Positions 48,833 through 62,819 are shown, numbered from the stretch's first letter. The stretch: DNA of 63,124 nt from Octopus bimaculoides (GCF_001194135.2 NC_068987.1:19476648-19539771); one strand, 5' to 3'. Notes: generated by a model from the sequence alone, not told the origin. Numbers and translations: made by a program.

Positions 48833-50881
48833 TTTGAAGTCAGTCTGATAAATACCATGCATAAAACTCTTGGTCATTGAGTCACTTTGTAATTTTTTTA
48901 ATTAAAAATTAGAAAATATATATACTCATATTTTGAGTGCTATTTATTCTGTTTGTACTACTAAATCTATCAATACACACACACACGTATACCAGTCATA
49001 TACACATACATGCACACAATACCAGCAAATATCTTAATACATACTCAATTATAACATCTAAATTTATACATATTTATATTGATTATATTGATTATAAATT
49101 AAAATTTGGAAGAAGGGAATGGTTAAATTAGCCTTTACTGAATTCCCTCTGTTGCAAGCAGTGAAAATTCTGATCAGAATGCTTGCAATGGAGTTAATTC
49201 ACTGAAAAAAACATCAAGGGACAACTGGTAGTTGTAATGACTTCAAATTTTACCCTATTTTTATTCAGATCTCTACTACTACCATCCTTCAAAACAAGTC
49301 TTCAAATAATAAATATAACTGTTCCAAATTTTGGCACAAAGCTAGCAATTTCAAGGGCTGGGTTTGGTCAATCAAATAATAAAAATGATAGTAACTATTG
49401 GCATTACTAAATTGTTAGTAAAACTTATTTTATCAAGCTCNNNNNNNNNNCTTGGAACTACCAAACTTGGTAAGATAATAGTAGATGCAAAAAGGAAACA
49501 TCACAAATACAATCACTGCCCAACGCCAGTTACTATATTCTGGTATTTATAGAACAATCTGGAATCATTGAGAGTGTGTGTGTGTAAGAGCGAGAGAGAG
49601 AGAGAGAGAGAGAGAGCAAGGGTGGTGGTGTAGGGAAGAAATGCCTGTGTGTGTATGTAACAGTTCTTAAGAATAACAACAGCAACAACATAAGCAGCAA
49701 ATATTTCAGAAGTTCTGAAGAGACACTTAAAAATACTCCATTTCACATTGCCAACAACAACAAAAACGACAGCAATAACAACAAGTATTTAACAGTGGCA
49801 AACGAATAGCAAGCACAATGACAAGAAGTTAGATGTAACAAATGTGATGTACCGTGTAAAGAAACCACAGCCAAAACTTTACAACACAAACTGGACTGAT
49901 GACATAAATTACATCATAAGCCCCAACAACAATAACAGTTTTAAACAACATTATTACAAATGACAACACTATTACTGACAATGACAGGAACAACAACAAT
50001 AATGACAACCAAAGAAACATTGAACACAACCACATTTTGTACTCAATAAGCATACTCAACAGGAATACAATCAAATTTATTTTGCTACTATCAAAATCTG
50101 TGGGTACAGAGAAACAGCATGGAGAGTGAAGAGTATGTAACAAAGACTTATCATTCATTCATCGTTAAATGTTAGTGTGCAGAATGCTGATTGGATAGAG
50201 ACAGGTATGATATAACTGGAGAAATATATATGTAGGTTGTAAATAGTTGTTCTATGGAGCATCCACCTTGTCTGGTTTTTTACAAGAAACAACAGCAACA
50301 AAAGCAACAACTACAGAGAAAACAAAACAAGCAACAACAATGATGACAAGATTGTCAGCAAGAGAAAGCTCCCGCCTCCCATCATCTTAAAAGCCAATAA
50401 AAAGGTGGGGGTGTTACCGGTTGTGGAGGTTTGTTTTGTTGTTTTTCATGGACTGCTGTAGTATATTTAGTTCAGCTGAAGATGATGGTCAAGACGATGA
50501 GATTGAAGATGATGATGATGATGATGGCTATTTTCGTACACAGGCACCACACACACAACCTCATACACATAGAAGAACCGGAGGAAGATGAAGGAAATGA
50601 AATGAGGTGTCCATGTCTTTCCCCGAAACTGAAGTGAAATGACACAAATTGCATTGGAAACTACCGGGGGACTTAACTTGGGTCATTGATTCAGACTTCT
50701 ATCTACAATGCTCACCGGTGAAATGCATCTTTACAAAAGCACAAGGCTACAACAGTTTGAGGGAAGAGGTCAGGGGTCATATGGAAATGAGGCTGTGTGA
50801 GGGTTCATCAGGTTCTTTCTGCAACAGCTTTAGAGACATAAAATGAAGCAAACTGGCTATAACTGGGATACAAAACCAGTC

Positions 50882-50937
<56 letters not shown>

Positions 50938-51310
50938 TGCACATTTTTAAATGTGTGTACCACACACACGCACATACACACACACATGGATAACAACATC
51001 AAAAGGATAAAAGAAATACGGAGAATTTGTTTGTTGAAATGTAATAAAAGATTTTTCTTTATTTTTCAGAGAAAAAAAAATTATAATAATAATAATCATG
51101 ATAATTATAATAATGATAATTATAAACATAATGATTTCATTTCAGACATTAAAAAAAAACATCAAAATTTATGATGATGATTTTGATGATGATGGTGATA
51201 GCAATGATTTCATAATTAGGCATGAAGCATTGGGTAAGGGAATTAAAATGTCTTGCCCTTGGACGCCACACAATTCCTGTAGCAGGATTTGAACTATAAA
51301 ACTTGGCAGA

Positions 51311-51351
<41 letters not shown>

Positions 51352-51701
51352 AAATTGATGAGTATAACAACAATGGTGATAACAATTATTTCTTTGGTCG
51401 AGGCACAAGGGAGAAATATAGGCAGCGGTGTAGGATGTATAGTGGGTTGAATAAAAATTCCCCACATGTATTAAAAGTATTTCAGTTTGGCAATGCTACC
51501 AGCCAATATCAAAGGCAAAGATGACTCCTTTTGATAAGATCTGAACACAATATATATATATATATATATATTCAATATCTGGGTAATAACCTCATGATGT
51601 GCATTTAAAAGCTCCGATACTTGCTATTGGCCACCATACAGCAAGTTTATTTCCTGAGCTGGATAAACATGTGGAACTATTTGTGTATACAAATTATATA
51701 A

Positions 51702-51799
51702 AAATTTATACAAGACGGAAAAACAGGCTTTAATTATAAATTATACAGAAACAAATGTAATTTCTAATTAAAGCCTGTTTTTTGATCTTGTATAAATTT
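51702..51799. repeat. 98-bp AT-rich palindrome
   Basis: AAATTTATACAAGA..AAAAACAGGCTTTAATTA / TAATTAAAGCCTGTTTTT..TCTTGTATAAATTT. Confidence 0.92.
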
Positions 51800-52739
51800 A
51801 TGTGTATGAGAGAGAGGAATCAAAGTCTCACTAAACGAAACATTTTGCTATTTTTACCATTATTAGTGTAAAGAAGGACACTCAGGCAGATAGTAGGGGC
51901 TGAGGGAAGGGAGGGAGGGAGAAGGAGAGCTAGTCAAAAGTGGACATAGTTAATCATATACTAGTACTAATCAATTATGTGACTCTTACTCATCCGTGGA
52001 GGAGGAGGACATGATACTGCAATGTGATTTACCAATAATACTGTTTATCATATATTCTAATTTAGGAACAAGGTCCTCCAGAGGAATGAAATGTAAAGTT
52101 GATCTTGGCAGATTTGAACACAATATAAGGAGTCAGAAGAAGAACTGCAAAGCATTTTTCTCCCACTGATACTCTAAAGATTCTACCAATCCACAACCAT
52201 TTCTCATAATAATAATAATCCTTTCTAATGTTGGCGCAAGATCTGAAATTTTGTGGGAGGCACTGTCGATTACATTGTCCCCAGTGCTAAACTGGTACTT
52301 GTTTTATTGATCCTGAAAGGATAAAAAATAAAGCTGATCTTGGTGGAATTTGAACTCAGAATGTAAAGAGCTGGAAAAAATGCTGCTCAGCATTTTGTCT
52401 GATGTGCTAACAATTCTGCCAGCTTGTCACCTTAATACCAATAATAATAATTTTCATGTAGGTGCTAGGCCAGGAAATTGGAGAAAGGGCTTAGTTGATT
52501 GAATCAATTCCTGTATTTGCCTGGTTCTTTTTATGCCCCTATCCATCCCCACTGGTTTTCTGAAAGGTAAATCCAACTTAAGAGGAAGATAAGATATAAT
52601 TAGATTTTAAGAGGGAGAAGAAAAAAAAAATGCAGTGTTCAAACCTTTCCAAAAGGGATCAGAGGCACAAGCAATTTTCAACAAAGAATTGAAGCCAATT
52701 TATAATGCCTGAATGTCCGCTACAGGTCTTAATAATAAC

Positions 52740-52786
<47 letters not shown>

Positions 52787-52799
52787 TGATGATGACGAT

Positions 52800-53015
52800 G
52801 AGAGTTTCAAATTTTGGCACAAGGCCAGCAATTTTGGGGGTATGGGTAAGTCAATTACATCGACCCCAGGGTTAAACTGCTACTTATTTTATCGACCCTG
52901 AAAGGATGAAAGGCAAAGTTGACCTTGGTGATGTTTGAACTCAGAGCATAATGCCAGAAGAAATGCTGCAAAGCATTTTGTCTGACAAGCTAATGATTCT
53001 GCTGGCTCACCACTT
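52800..53015 (-). mobile_element. Family C SINE between (AAT)n/(GAT)n tracts
   Basis: Near-complete match to the family C copies. Confidence 0.85.
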
Positions 53016-53412
53016 AATAATAATAATAATAATAATGATAATAATGATGATGATGATGATGATGAATTAGAACAATTGTACATAGTCGTGAAAAAATAGG
53101 CACTAAAATACAAGGAATGGTTTTTACAAGAATTCAACCATTGTGTAAGGCGAAGTGGAATATAATTTTGGTTCATAGCTGGTTTGTAAAGCTGGTTGTT
53201 TTGTTTCTTTTTCACATTTTTTTTTTCCTTTTTTTAATACAAAATAAATGAATTTTTATAGAGTAATTATTGAAGAAGGTTGTAAAAAATAGGGTGTGGT
53301 ATATGTGAAGTGTGACAGAGAGAGGGGCAAGAGACAAACAAAAGACAAAAAAAAAAAGCATGTAGATACACACATGAATATGTGCATGTGTGTGAATGTA
53401 TATTTTTGATGG

Positions 53413-53445
<33 letters not shown>

Positions 53446-54977
53446 TGTCAGGGTCAGGCAGCTAAATAGAGACTGTGTTGAGATGATTTGAACATAAATG
53501 AAAAAATGAAAATGTATGAAACTTTGTATCTTTATCAAACCTAACATATACTCAGAATATCTATCATCAACATTTATAATTGAATGAATATAGATTCAGA
53601 AAATTGAGCATACCCTCTTTACCTCATCTTCATTGATGAGTGTGAATTCCTTCATAATAATAGTCATCACTGTAAGCAATATTGCTGCGAGATGTTGTCC
53701 TCAGTGAAGCTCCACCTTCTAAATTCACATGGTGAACTAGAAGACCAAATTTCTCTGTGGACAAACACTGAAAATTAAACCTTCACACACTTTGAACTGT
53801 GGTGGAGTTGCAGAGTCCTAGATGAATGTTACCTCATTTGGACCATAATGTATATTGGTAATTCACAGCATCTCAGCTTTGTGAAGGATTTTATATTTTT
53901 AGCCATGTTGATAATAAGAGCTGATTCATTGCAATGAGGTGGTATCACACATGTCACGGAGGCTGGGTTGCTGCTTTGCATGATAGCACAAATTTCAGTA
54001 AGTTAGAAAGTAATAACCAGTCCTGCTAATGTAGCAAATGATGACTTGGTCAACTACAAATTTTTTTTTCATTTTCTTTGCGTGTGCTTCAGGGAGTTGA
54101 GAAGCTCTAGGATTCTCTCAGCCCTAACAGCCTGTGATGATGATTCAATACCTCTGCATATTTGATTTCAGACAGAGTTCATTTTAGTGGTCCTAACTAT
54201 TGCCTTTCACTAACAGCACAGTTCTTTTTGCAAGCTTGATCATACTGGTAGATAGATTTGCTACAGTAGCTCATTATAAATCAATTAGAGAAGCATGGCT
54301 ATGCTTGAAATTGTGGGTACCATGAGGTGAGTAGAGAACATCTTGTACAGCCTTAAGCGTAGTCTGAGCATGGTTAAACATTGTCTTTTGTATACCCTGT
54401 ATTGGCAATGACACCACAAGGACTAGGCCAGCAAGCCACAATTTCAACAATAAGATTTTGTTGCAGTGATTCAGTAAGTGTAGTACAATCTATTACAATC
54501 TTTAAGTAAAAGAAAAGAGAAAAAATCTTAAACTTGTTGCATGCAAAATATAAGCTCTCATTAATTATTAAGATATAATATTCAAATAATAGTCTCAATT
54601 TGGCTGCCTGAACCTGTGTGTGAATGTGTGTTTGTGGATGTATATACATACATACACACATGATATACACACACGCACACACACAATCATGTGAGAAAGA
54701 CACTTGTGGCATTATTGGATAAGACAGGATGGAGATTAATAAGAGATAATAATAATAATAATAGTAATAATAATAATAATTTTACATAGTCACAGAGGCA
54801 AAAATCAGTGTGAATGTAGGGCTCAGTCAACTAAATGAACCCCAGTACCTGACTGGTACTTTATTTTACTGACACCCCAGAAGGATGAAAGAGAAAAAAA
54901 GGAGAGATATTGGTGGGAGAAATTCAAGGGATTGCAAATGTCTGACAGCAACAACAATAATGGTAAGTAGCAAAAGT

Positions 54978-55019
<42 letters not shown>

Positions 55020-55399
55020 AACTTAATTATTGTGGATGGCGTTGGTTTAATAAAACATCCCCCATAGTGAAAAAAAAAAAAAAGTAGAAAAACAGAAATG
55101 AACATTGTGCATCCACATAGCCATGAAAACAAGATAAGCAACCACTCTTAAGTAGTAAAATACAACAGATCCAAAGATGAGTTACTAATTTGATCAACTT
55201 CCCTCCTGATAGAAATTAAAACAAAATACCAATGCCACCTAATTTGTTTACTGAACTCAGAAATGGAACATTACACTAGAAAACTATATAAAAGTATTTT
55301 TTTTTCCTGGCATTTCACTGAAACAAGAAGCTACATTAGAAAGTACACACACATGTCTGTGTGTATGTATACACACACACACACACTACACTTTGTTCT

Positions 55400-55790
55400 T
55401 ACCTAAAAGGCTGGTTGTATGGTAAGGAAGTTTGCTTCCCAACCACATGGTTTTGGGTTCAGCTTCACTGCAAAGCACCTTGGGTAAGTGTCTTCTACTA
55501 CAGTCCTGAGCTAACCAAAGGGATTTAGTGAAGGGATTTAGTAAGTGGAAACTGAAAGAAGCCTGTCATATACATATTTGTGTTTGTGTCTTCTTGTCTT
55601 GACATTGCGTGACAGTTGTAAATGATTGTCACTGTCATTCAAACAATGTCATTCATTTCCAATACTCTGTGGGAACAGGTGAGGGTTAGTGACTGGAAAA
55701 GCATCTGGCTTATATAATCTGTTTTAGTAAATGTCATCTGGCCCATTGCAAGCATGGACAAGTGGATGTTAAAAATGATGATGATATAAG
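55400..55790 (+). mobile_element. tRNA-headed SINE with RTE-type (GAT)n tail
   Basis: Family A-like head joined to ...CATTGCAAGCATGGACAAGTGGATGTTAAAAATGATGATGAT. Confidence 0.65.
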
Positions 55791-56852
55791 AAATATATTT
55801 CATTATTCTTATTTTGTAAAATAGTTTTTTATAAAGCTTAGTAACCCCGCCCACTTCTCATATGAACAGAATGCATTATGTTTGCATCATATTCCCCACT
55901 TCAGAGGTTTTGCTGATATGAAGATTTTATGTGTGTGTGGTTTTGAACTTTAAAACCAACGGAGCAAAATGGGTCATGAAGGAAAAGAAGTAGCTAAAGA
56001 AAACCCCACAAACTGAAAAGATTCCTTGTTAGATTCAGTTGATATTAGAAAAAAAAACAAAAAAAAACACATCAGATGAATTAAGAGGTTAAAAGAAAAA
56101 AGGTGTGTGTCAGTTTGATCCAGCTGACCTGTAATTAAGATATGATCATGCTATCGTTTTTCTTTTAGCTAAAGTATGTCAAAGCCTACCTTATTCAATC
56201 TAGAGTCTAGTGTGTAATTTATGGGAGATTTAACTGCTATTTGTAGCAGGTCAGCAACCATATACAGATTAGTCTCTTGCCTAAGGGTTATACAACCTTG
56301 ATTCTCAAAGGTAAGCAAGCTCAGGAGAGAAGGTGACTAGCAGAGGAAACTATATATAAGATTGAAATAAGGCAACAGAAAACTACTGCTGTACCTTCCT
56401 CCCAAAAAGTCATGAATCTTCAGACTTTGGCATAGAGTTCCATGATCATCAACACCTGCAGGTATGGCACTAGAACTTATTTTATCTTCTGTAAAAATTT
56501 GAATATTTAAGATGTCTATTGTTACTGCTGATTTAGCTCTAGACCAGCCTGTATTGAGTGTATCTATCATCAAAATCTTTTGTTTCTGTGGTGATCAGAC
56601 TCCACTCTTTCCTCCAAATATGGTGCAATCAAAACTGCATTGCACAATGTGACGATAGGTGTGATATGAGGGAGATTAGGCTAGCATTTCAAATATTGTT
56701 AGTAGAGAGGCTCCTTTACTTTAGTGGTGACAAAAGAAATAGTGGGGAAGTCTGTAAGCTAATTATTGTCTTTCATATCGGTTGGTACAGCAGCAACACT
56801 GTCCTATTTACATGAGCAGTTAACTTATGAACCTTTTACAGAATCTGAAGCA

Positions 56853-56883
<31 letters not shown>

Positions 56884-57974
56884 TATTTTGACTAAGCCAG
56901 CCTCTTGCTATGCTGGGTTTCAACTGGATCTTCAGGCAAGTTGTGTGTATGTGTGTGTGTGTGTGTGTGTATGTACACACATGCACTTATTCAGAGCATA
57001 AGAGCATAAGAAAAAAATAAAGGAAAAAAAAACCAAAAAACAAAAAGCACTCAGACCCCCCCACCCCCGAGGTTTCTTTTCTGAGTCAGTAGTTGCAGTT
57101 GTCAATTTTGTTAGGTGGTTGTTGTTTTGAAAAATAAAACAATTCTAATATAAAATTTATAATTTACAGATCAGCTACATAAGACAAAGAAAATAATCAA
57201 AATGGACAACAACAACAACAAAAAAATCAGAATGTAAGAAAAAGAAGTAAAAAATATTATTACAAATACTAGAAAGAGTGGTTAATTTTTGAAGAATTTT
57301 AAAGCCCAAAATGGTCAATTAACCAATATTCTAAGAGCACCTTTGAGTGTCAGCATTGTTTGTTTTGATTGACAAAAGTACCAAAGATTTTCAGATGAAA
57401 AAATTTTTGACAAGTTGAACTTCATATATACACATAATAAATGTATATATATATATATATACATAGCAGACTGTTGACAGGAAAACACAATGACAATGAG
57501 ATTTACAAAAACACAGGCACCCTCCATATTTATGCATGTGTGTGTGTGTGTCTGTGTTTCTGCATATAAATGGATTATAAATTCTTATAGGACAAGCTGA
57601 GGAAGTACTACATTTTGCTACATTTTCTTAAGTAAAATATCACAGGCATTCTTCCTCAAAAAAAAAAACAAACAAACACTCACACAAAACCCACATGAAT
57701 GCATATATACATATGTATGTATAAAAAAAAAAAGAAGTCAATACATTTTGATGACCAGCGACAAAGTACATTTGTTGCCTTTTTTTTGTAAGCAAAATAA
57801 TATCACAAACTGATCGGTTGTAACTCTCTGCCACTAATGTAACATTAAATAGTCTTTATTAATCCATCATTGATCTTCGGTAGGTTACCATGTGACCGAG
57901 AACAGATCATCTATACTAGAGTAAAACACAATAAAGCTCTCAATTATAAAAGTAGATTTGAATAATGATAATAA

Positions 57975-59080
57975 TAATAATCCTTTTTACTAAAGGCACA
58001 AAACCTGAAGTTTGGGGGAGGGGGTAGTCAATTACATCAACCGTAACAGTCAACTGGTACTTAATTTATTGACCCTGAAAGAATGAAAGGTAAAGTTGAC
58101 CTTGGTGGAATTTGAACTCAGAATGTAAAGATGACGAAATGTCACTTAGCATTCTGCTAGCTTGCTGCCATAATAATAATAATAATGATAACAATAATAA
58201 TAGTGAAGATGATCCTTTCTACTATAGGTACAAGGCCTGAAATTTTGGGGGGAGGGGGCTGGTTGATTACACTGACCCCAGTGCTTGACTGGTACTTATT
58301 TTATCAACTCCAAAAGGATGAAAGGCAAAGTTGACCTTGGTGGAATTTGAACTCAGAATGTAAAGTCAGATGAAATGCCGTTTCACATTTTGTTTGATGT
58401 GCTAACAGTTCTGTCAGTTTGATGCCTAAATAATAATCCTTTCAACTGTAAGCACGAGGCCTGAAGTTTTGGGGGGAATGGGCTGGTCAATGACACTGAC
58501 CCCAGTGCTCAACTGTTACTTATTTAATTGACCCTGAAAGGATTATAGGCAAAGTTGATCTCAGTGGAATTTGAACTCAGAGTGTAAAGAGCTGGAAGAA
58601 ATGCTACAAAGCATTTTGTCTACCATGGTACCAATTCTGCTAAGCTGCTGCTGCTGCCTTAAATAATAATAATAATCTCTAATTTTGGCAGAAGACCAGC
58701 AATTGTGAGTAGATGGGGAAGATGATTACACTGACTCCAGAACTTGACAGGTAACTTATTTTATCAACCCTGAAAGGATGAAAGACAAAGTCAAGCCTGG
58801 CAGTATTAGAACTCTGGACACATGTTTGAAGAAATGTTGCCAAACATTTATTGTGGAATAGTAATGATTGAGCCAACTCAGTGCTCTGAATAATAACAAC
58901 AATCATTTCTAACATCGACACAAAGGCCACAAATGTAAGAGGAAAGTTTACTGGATGAAACTGGATCCAATACTTGACTGATAACTTAGCAATCCAGAAA
59001 GATAGAAAGGCAAAATTGACTGAATCATTACCAGTCTTGAAACCAGAGAATCTGTTGATATGGATTGCTCCTGCACAACT
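57975..59080 (-). mobile_element. Array of five head-to-tail family C SINEs separated by (AAT)n
   Basis: Copies at about 57980, 58210, 58435, 58680 and 58910. Confidence 0.88.
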
Positions 59081-59974
59081 GTACAGTGAGCCTGTGTGAT
59101 ATTCATGAGTCATATATGTGACATGAAGTGTTTACAAGCAGGTATCATATCAAAGATACCGAGTTTAATGAACTCGGAGATTTATCTCTATGATGGCTGT
59201 CACAAGTAAAAGCTAAACATACACGAATTAAATAAAAGGAAACAAAGGAATTAAAAAAAAAACGTCTTTGCAGTTGGTCTAATCATGTGTCCTTGAGTAT
59301 TTGAGAATGAATCTACAGGGATTGCAGATAGCTCTAAAGAGAAAAGCAATAAATCTACAGTCACACAAAGGTAAGCCTTTTCAGCCAAGGTCATTAAAAA
59401 GGGTTAGCAGAAAAGAAGTAGAGGAAGAGGGAGAAGCATATGTGAGGAGGGGAAAAAATATATGGTGTAAAGAGACAAAGAAAAGAGATCAAGTATTACA
59501 AAAAAAAAAGGAATGGGAGCAACAGAGAGGGTTATGATAGACGTTGACTAAAGCTAATGATGGCAATGAATAAATGCGTAATACAGAAATAAAGAGGCCT
59601 GGGTAAAGACAATGAGCAACATTGGATTGGTAAAGGCTCTCTTTCAATAATAAAGTATTTCTGGTACCAGGGGTTTCATACTGGAGGGTTAGCAAGCATG
59701 AAACCATTGGTATTAGAAATTTAATATAAATTCCATTAATGTGTGTGTGTGGGAGAGAGAAAGTCTATAAAAAGATATTTAAACCAGAATGTTGTACATA
59801 TGAGGAAAGGGTGTTCTTGTTGTGGGTCGTAAAGACTAATTAGCGGATTGCTTTAAAGAAAATTAGTCCACAAGTGGTAACCAAGGTTACTGTTGTTATC
59901 TGCCAGGTATATACCAAGCACATCTGCCACACAACTGGTGCAATAGACTTTTTAACATTAAGTCAAACACAAGT

Positions 59975-60350
59975 ACCTTATAACTGTAGAGTTTTCTGGT
60001 TCTGTATGTACTGTATGTAACTGCCTTACAAGTGGTATGGCAGAGTTCCTGTTATATGACCAACACAACTTACAAAAGAGGAAAGACAGGGTTTCCAGCC
60101 ATGTAACCAACACATCTAACAAAGGGCAGAAAGAAAAGGGTGAGTCTGATCTGTAATCAACATTAGCAGAGAAAGGAGAAGGATTCCAACCCAGAGAGGA
60201 GAGATAGGGGGGAGAGAGAGAGAGAAAAGATTTTCTGGTCTGCAACGAACACAGTAGAAAAAAGAGGGTTTCCTGTCCAGTGACCAACATAACCGAGAGA
60301 GAGGTGATTTTTTTTCTGATCTGTTGCCAACACACCTAACACAGGATGGG
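59975..60350 (+). repeat. Decayed 40-50 bp tandem array
   Basis: Recurring GGTTTCC..TC..TGACCAACAC..CTAACA...GAGAAA units. Confidence 0.65.
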
Positions 60351-61599
60351 TGAGAAAAAGAGAGAGAGAGAGAGAGCAAAACGGTGGTTTCTCTGCTACG
60401 TGCTACAAGGGTGCTACAGTGAGCAACACAGCTGCCTCAACAACTGGTAGAGTGGGAACTTGCCGTCTGTAGCTGGTAGGATGGAACTCAGTGGAATCTC
60501 ATCTGAACCTTTTTTCTCCCTTTGGCTTCTCTGCAAAGAAAATCACATGAAGGATAAACGACAGCTTGGGCCAACCCTCATAGTAGTAATTTAATTAAAT
60601 AATAATTATATATATATATATATATATCTATATATATATATATATATATGTATATATGTGTATATATATATATATATATTAATTAAATTTTGTTTGGAAA
60701 TTATACTTTGACAGCAGCAGTATCGCTGGTGGTAGCAGCAGTAGCAGTAGCAGTAGCAATAGTAGCAGGAAACAGCAGCTATGGCAGAAGGTGAGGGAAC
60801 AGACAAGGAGAAAGAGAGATAGGCAAGGAGGAAATAAGCAATGACGGCTGTGCACTGGATCTAATCCTATAAACAGAGCAAGATGAAAACAAGATGAGAG
60901 TGTGAAAGACAGTAAAATGTAATAATGTTTATACCCCACCACCTCCCCAAACAAGCAACAAACACTTCCCTCCATGACATAAATACAACAAAATCTTTGT
61001 GCTCTGAAATGTACATGTATCTGTGTACATACACACTCACATATGGAAGTTTCTCTAAAGTCTACTCTTCAAATCATAGTATACAAGGAAGACGGAGCAA
61101 TAAAGACTGGACTGCATGTTCAGTACTCCTAAATCTTCCCCAGCTTCTCAACAACAATAACAACAACTCCTGCCGAGTGTATAAATACATTTCAAAGATT
61201 TACCATTTCTAATAATCTCAGTAGTTACCACTTGAAATACATGAGAATGTGAAATCAAAACTTGCTCTGAAATATACAACACATGTTGAGACACTAAATT
61301 CCAACAAGGACATACTTGTGATGGCTTAGACAATCTAAAGGACTAAAACATATATATACACACACACACATATAGCCATATGCATAAACAAATACAACCA
61401 GCCACACACATGCACTCATCTATCCAGCTACATACATCTATATCCACATGTACACCTATGTGTTGACACACACAAAGCAAACAGCCACTCATATGTATCC
61501 AAGTATTTTGCATTGTTATGAGTAATATATAAGTCTCCTCTTGTTCAGAATTTGACATGATCATCCTGTCACATGTCTCATGCACATAATTCTAAAGAA

Positions 61600-61720
61600 A
61601 TTACTGATTCTTTTGAAAGAGGACGGATTACAGAGTTCCACAATGACAAATAGCTTAGGAAACTTGGAATATCTCTTTCTCCCGTTAACAAAACTATATT
61701 TCAACTGTAAAAGAACTGAA
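61600..61720 (+). mobile_element. Tc1-like transposase N-terminal remnant
   Basis: LTDSFERGRITEFH resembles the Tc1 LSxFERGRIxG helix-turn-helix start. Confidence 0.4.
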
Positions 61721-61796
61721 TTATCATCTAGTTAACTTGGATCCTTTGAAAGATGTCTTCATGCCATCTCAAAGATCTTTTGAGAACAACCTTATT

Positions 61797-62011
61797 TAAC
61801 CCTTTAGCATTCAGATTATTGTCAAATATAATGCTTATCTGTTTTGAATTAATCATGCATTATCTCATAAAATTGAGATTTCAATGATGTGATTGATTAT
61901 GCACAGAATGACATTCTAGGGTAGTTTGAGAGGCTGGATCTGGTCAGTTTGAGCCTAACACAAGTAGAATATTTGGGCCGGATAAGGCTAGTTTAAATGC
62001 TAAAGAGTTAA
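61797..62011. mobile_element. piggyBac-like TTAA MITE
   Basis: TTAACCCTTTAGCATT...AATGCTAAAGAGTTAA; related copies at about 13497, 34865-35075 and 36148. Confidence 0.8.
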
Positions 62012-62536
62012 AAGCCTCAGAAGTGGCAGAAGAGTTCCAAAATCTGTCTAAGAACTATTTTGAGCAACTAACTAAGGAGAAACCCCTCTTAACTATGATC
62101 ACTAATTTATAAAAAGAAATGCGTAAGATAATGAGACAAGCAGGAATTTTTATATGTCAAAACTTGCTCAAGTGTGAAACAGATGTGTCTGGATCTGAAG
62201 ATAATGAACAGCTTGATAAAAACAGGTGACAATGAACAAACATGGTGGCATATGTGTCTATTCTGGTTTAAGGAATAGGGGTTATGTCTACCGCCTCGCT
62301 TGCCTCTCTACTTGAGTGGTATTATATTTTATTGCCTCTGGAAGGAAGAGAGGTGAAGTAAATCATGGTGTATTTTGAACACACCAGGTTCAAATTAACT
62401 TTCCATCTTTCCAAGGATTGAATGTAAAGGGATGTCACTAAATGCTTAAAAATATTTTGTTCTAAACAATTTGACTAATTCGTTGCTGTAAATTTCTTTG
62501 GCAAGAATTGACCCTAGTATCAGTTTTGTCAAATAT

Positions 62537-62583
<47 letters not shown>

Positions 62584-62819
62584 ATACATATCTATATATA
62601 CATAATTATACAAACTCAGATACATTCACACATACCAACATGTAAAGACTGTTTATAATATCCAGATTTTTTGATTTTTTTTTTTTTTAGAGAACAATCA
62701 TAGAAAATAGGGTTCAGTATTTTGTGATCAGCAGACGTTTATCATCCCTGTACCCTGGTATAATATACGGAAAAAAGTTTTAACATACAACAGAGAGACT
62801 TTGAGAGCGTGTATGTAGT

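Noticed and set aside
19767-60530. Naming the minus-strand gene (fleeting resemblance to SynGAP, CK1, CNK2 or hnRNP K tails)
   Set aside because: Only a few scattered residues match; no family motif recognised, so no symbol given
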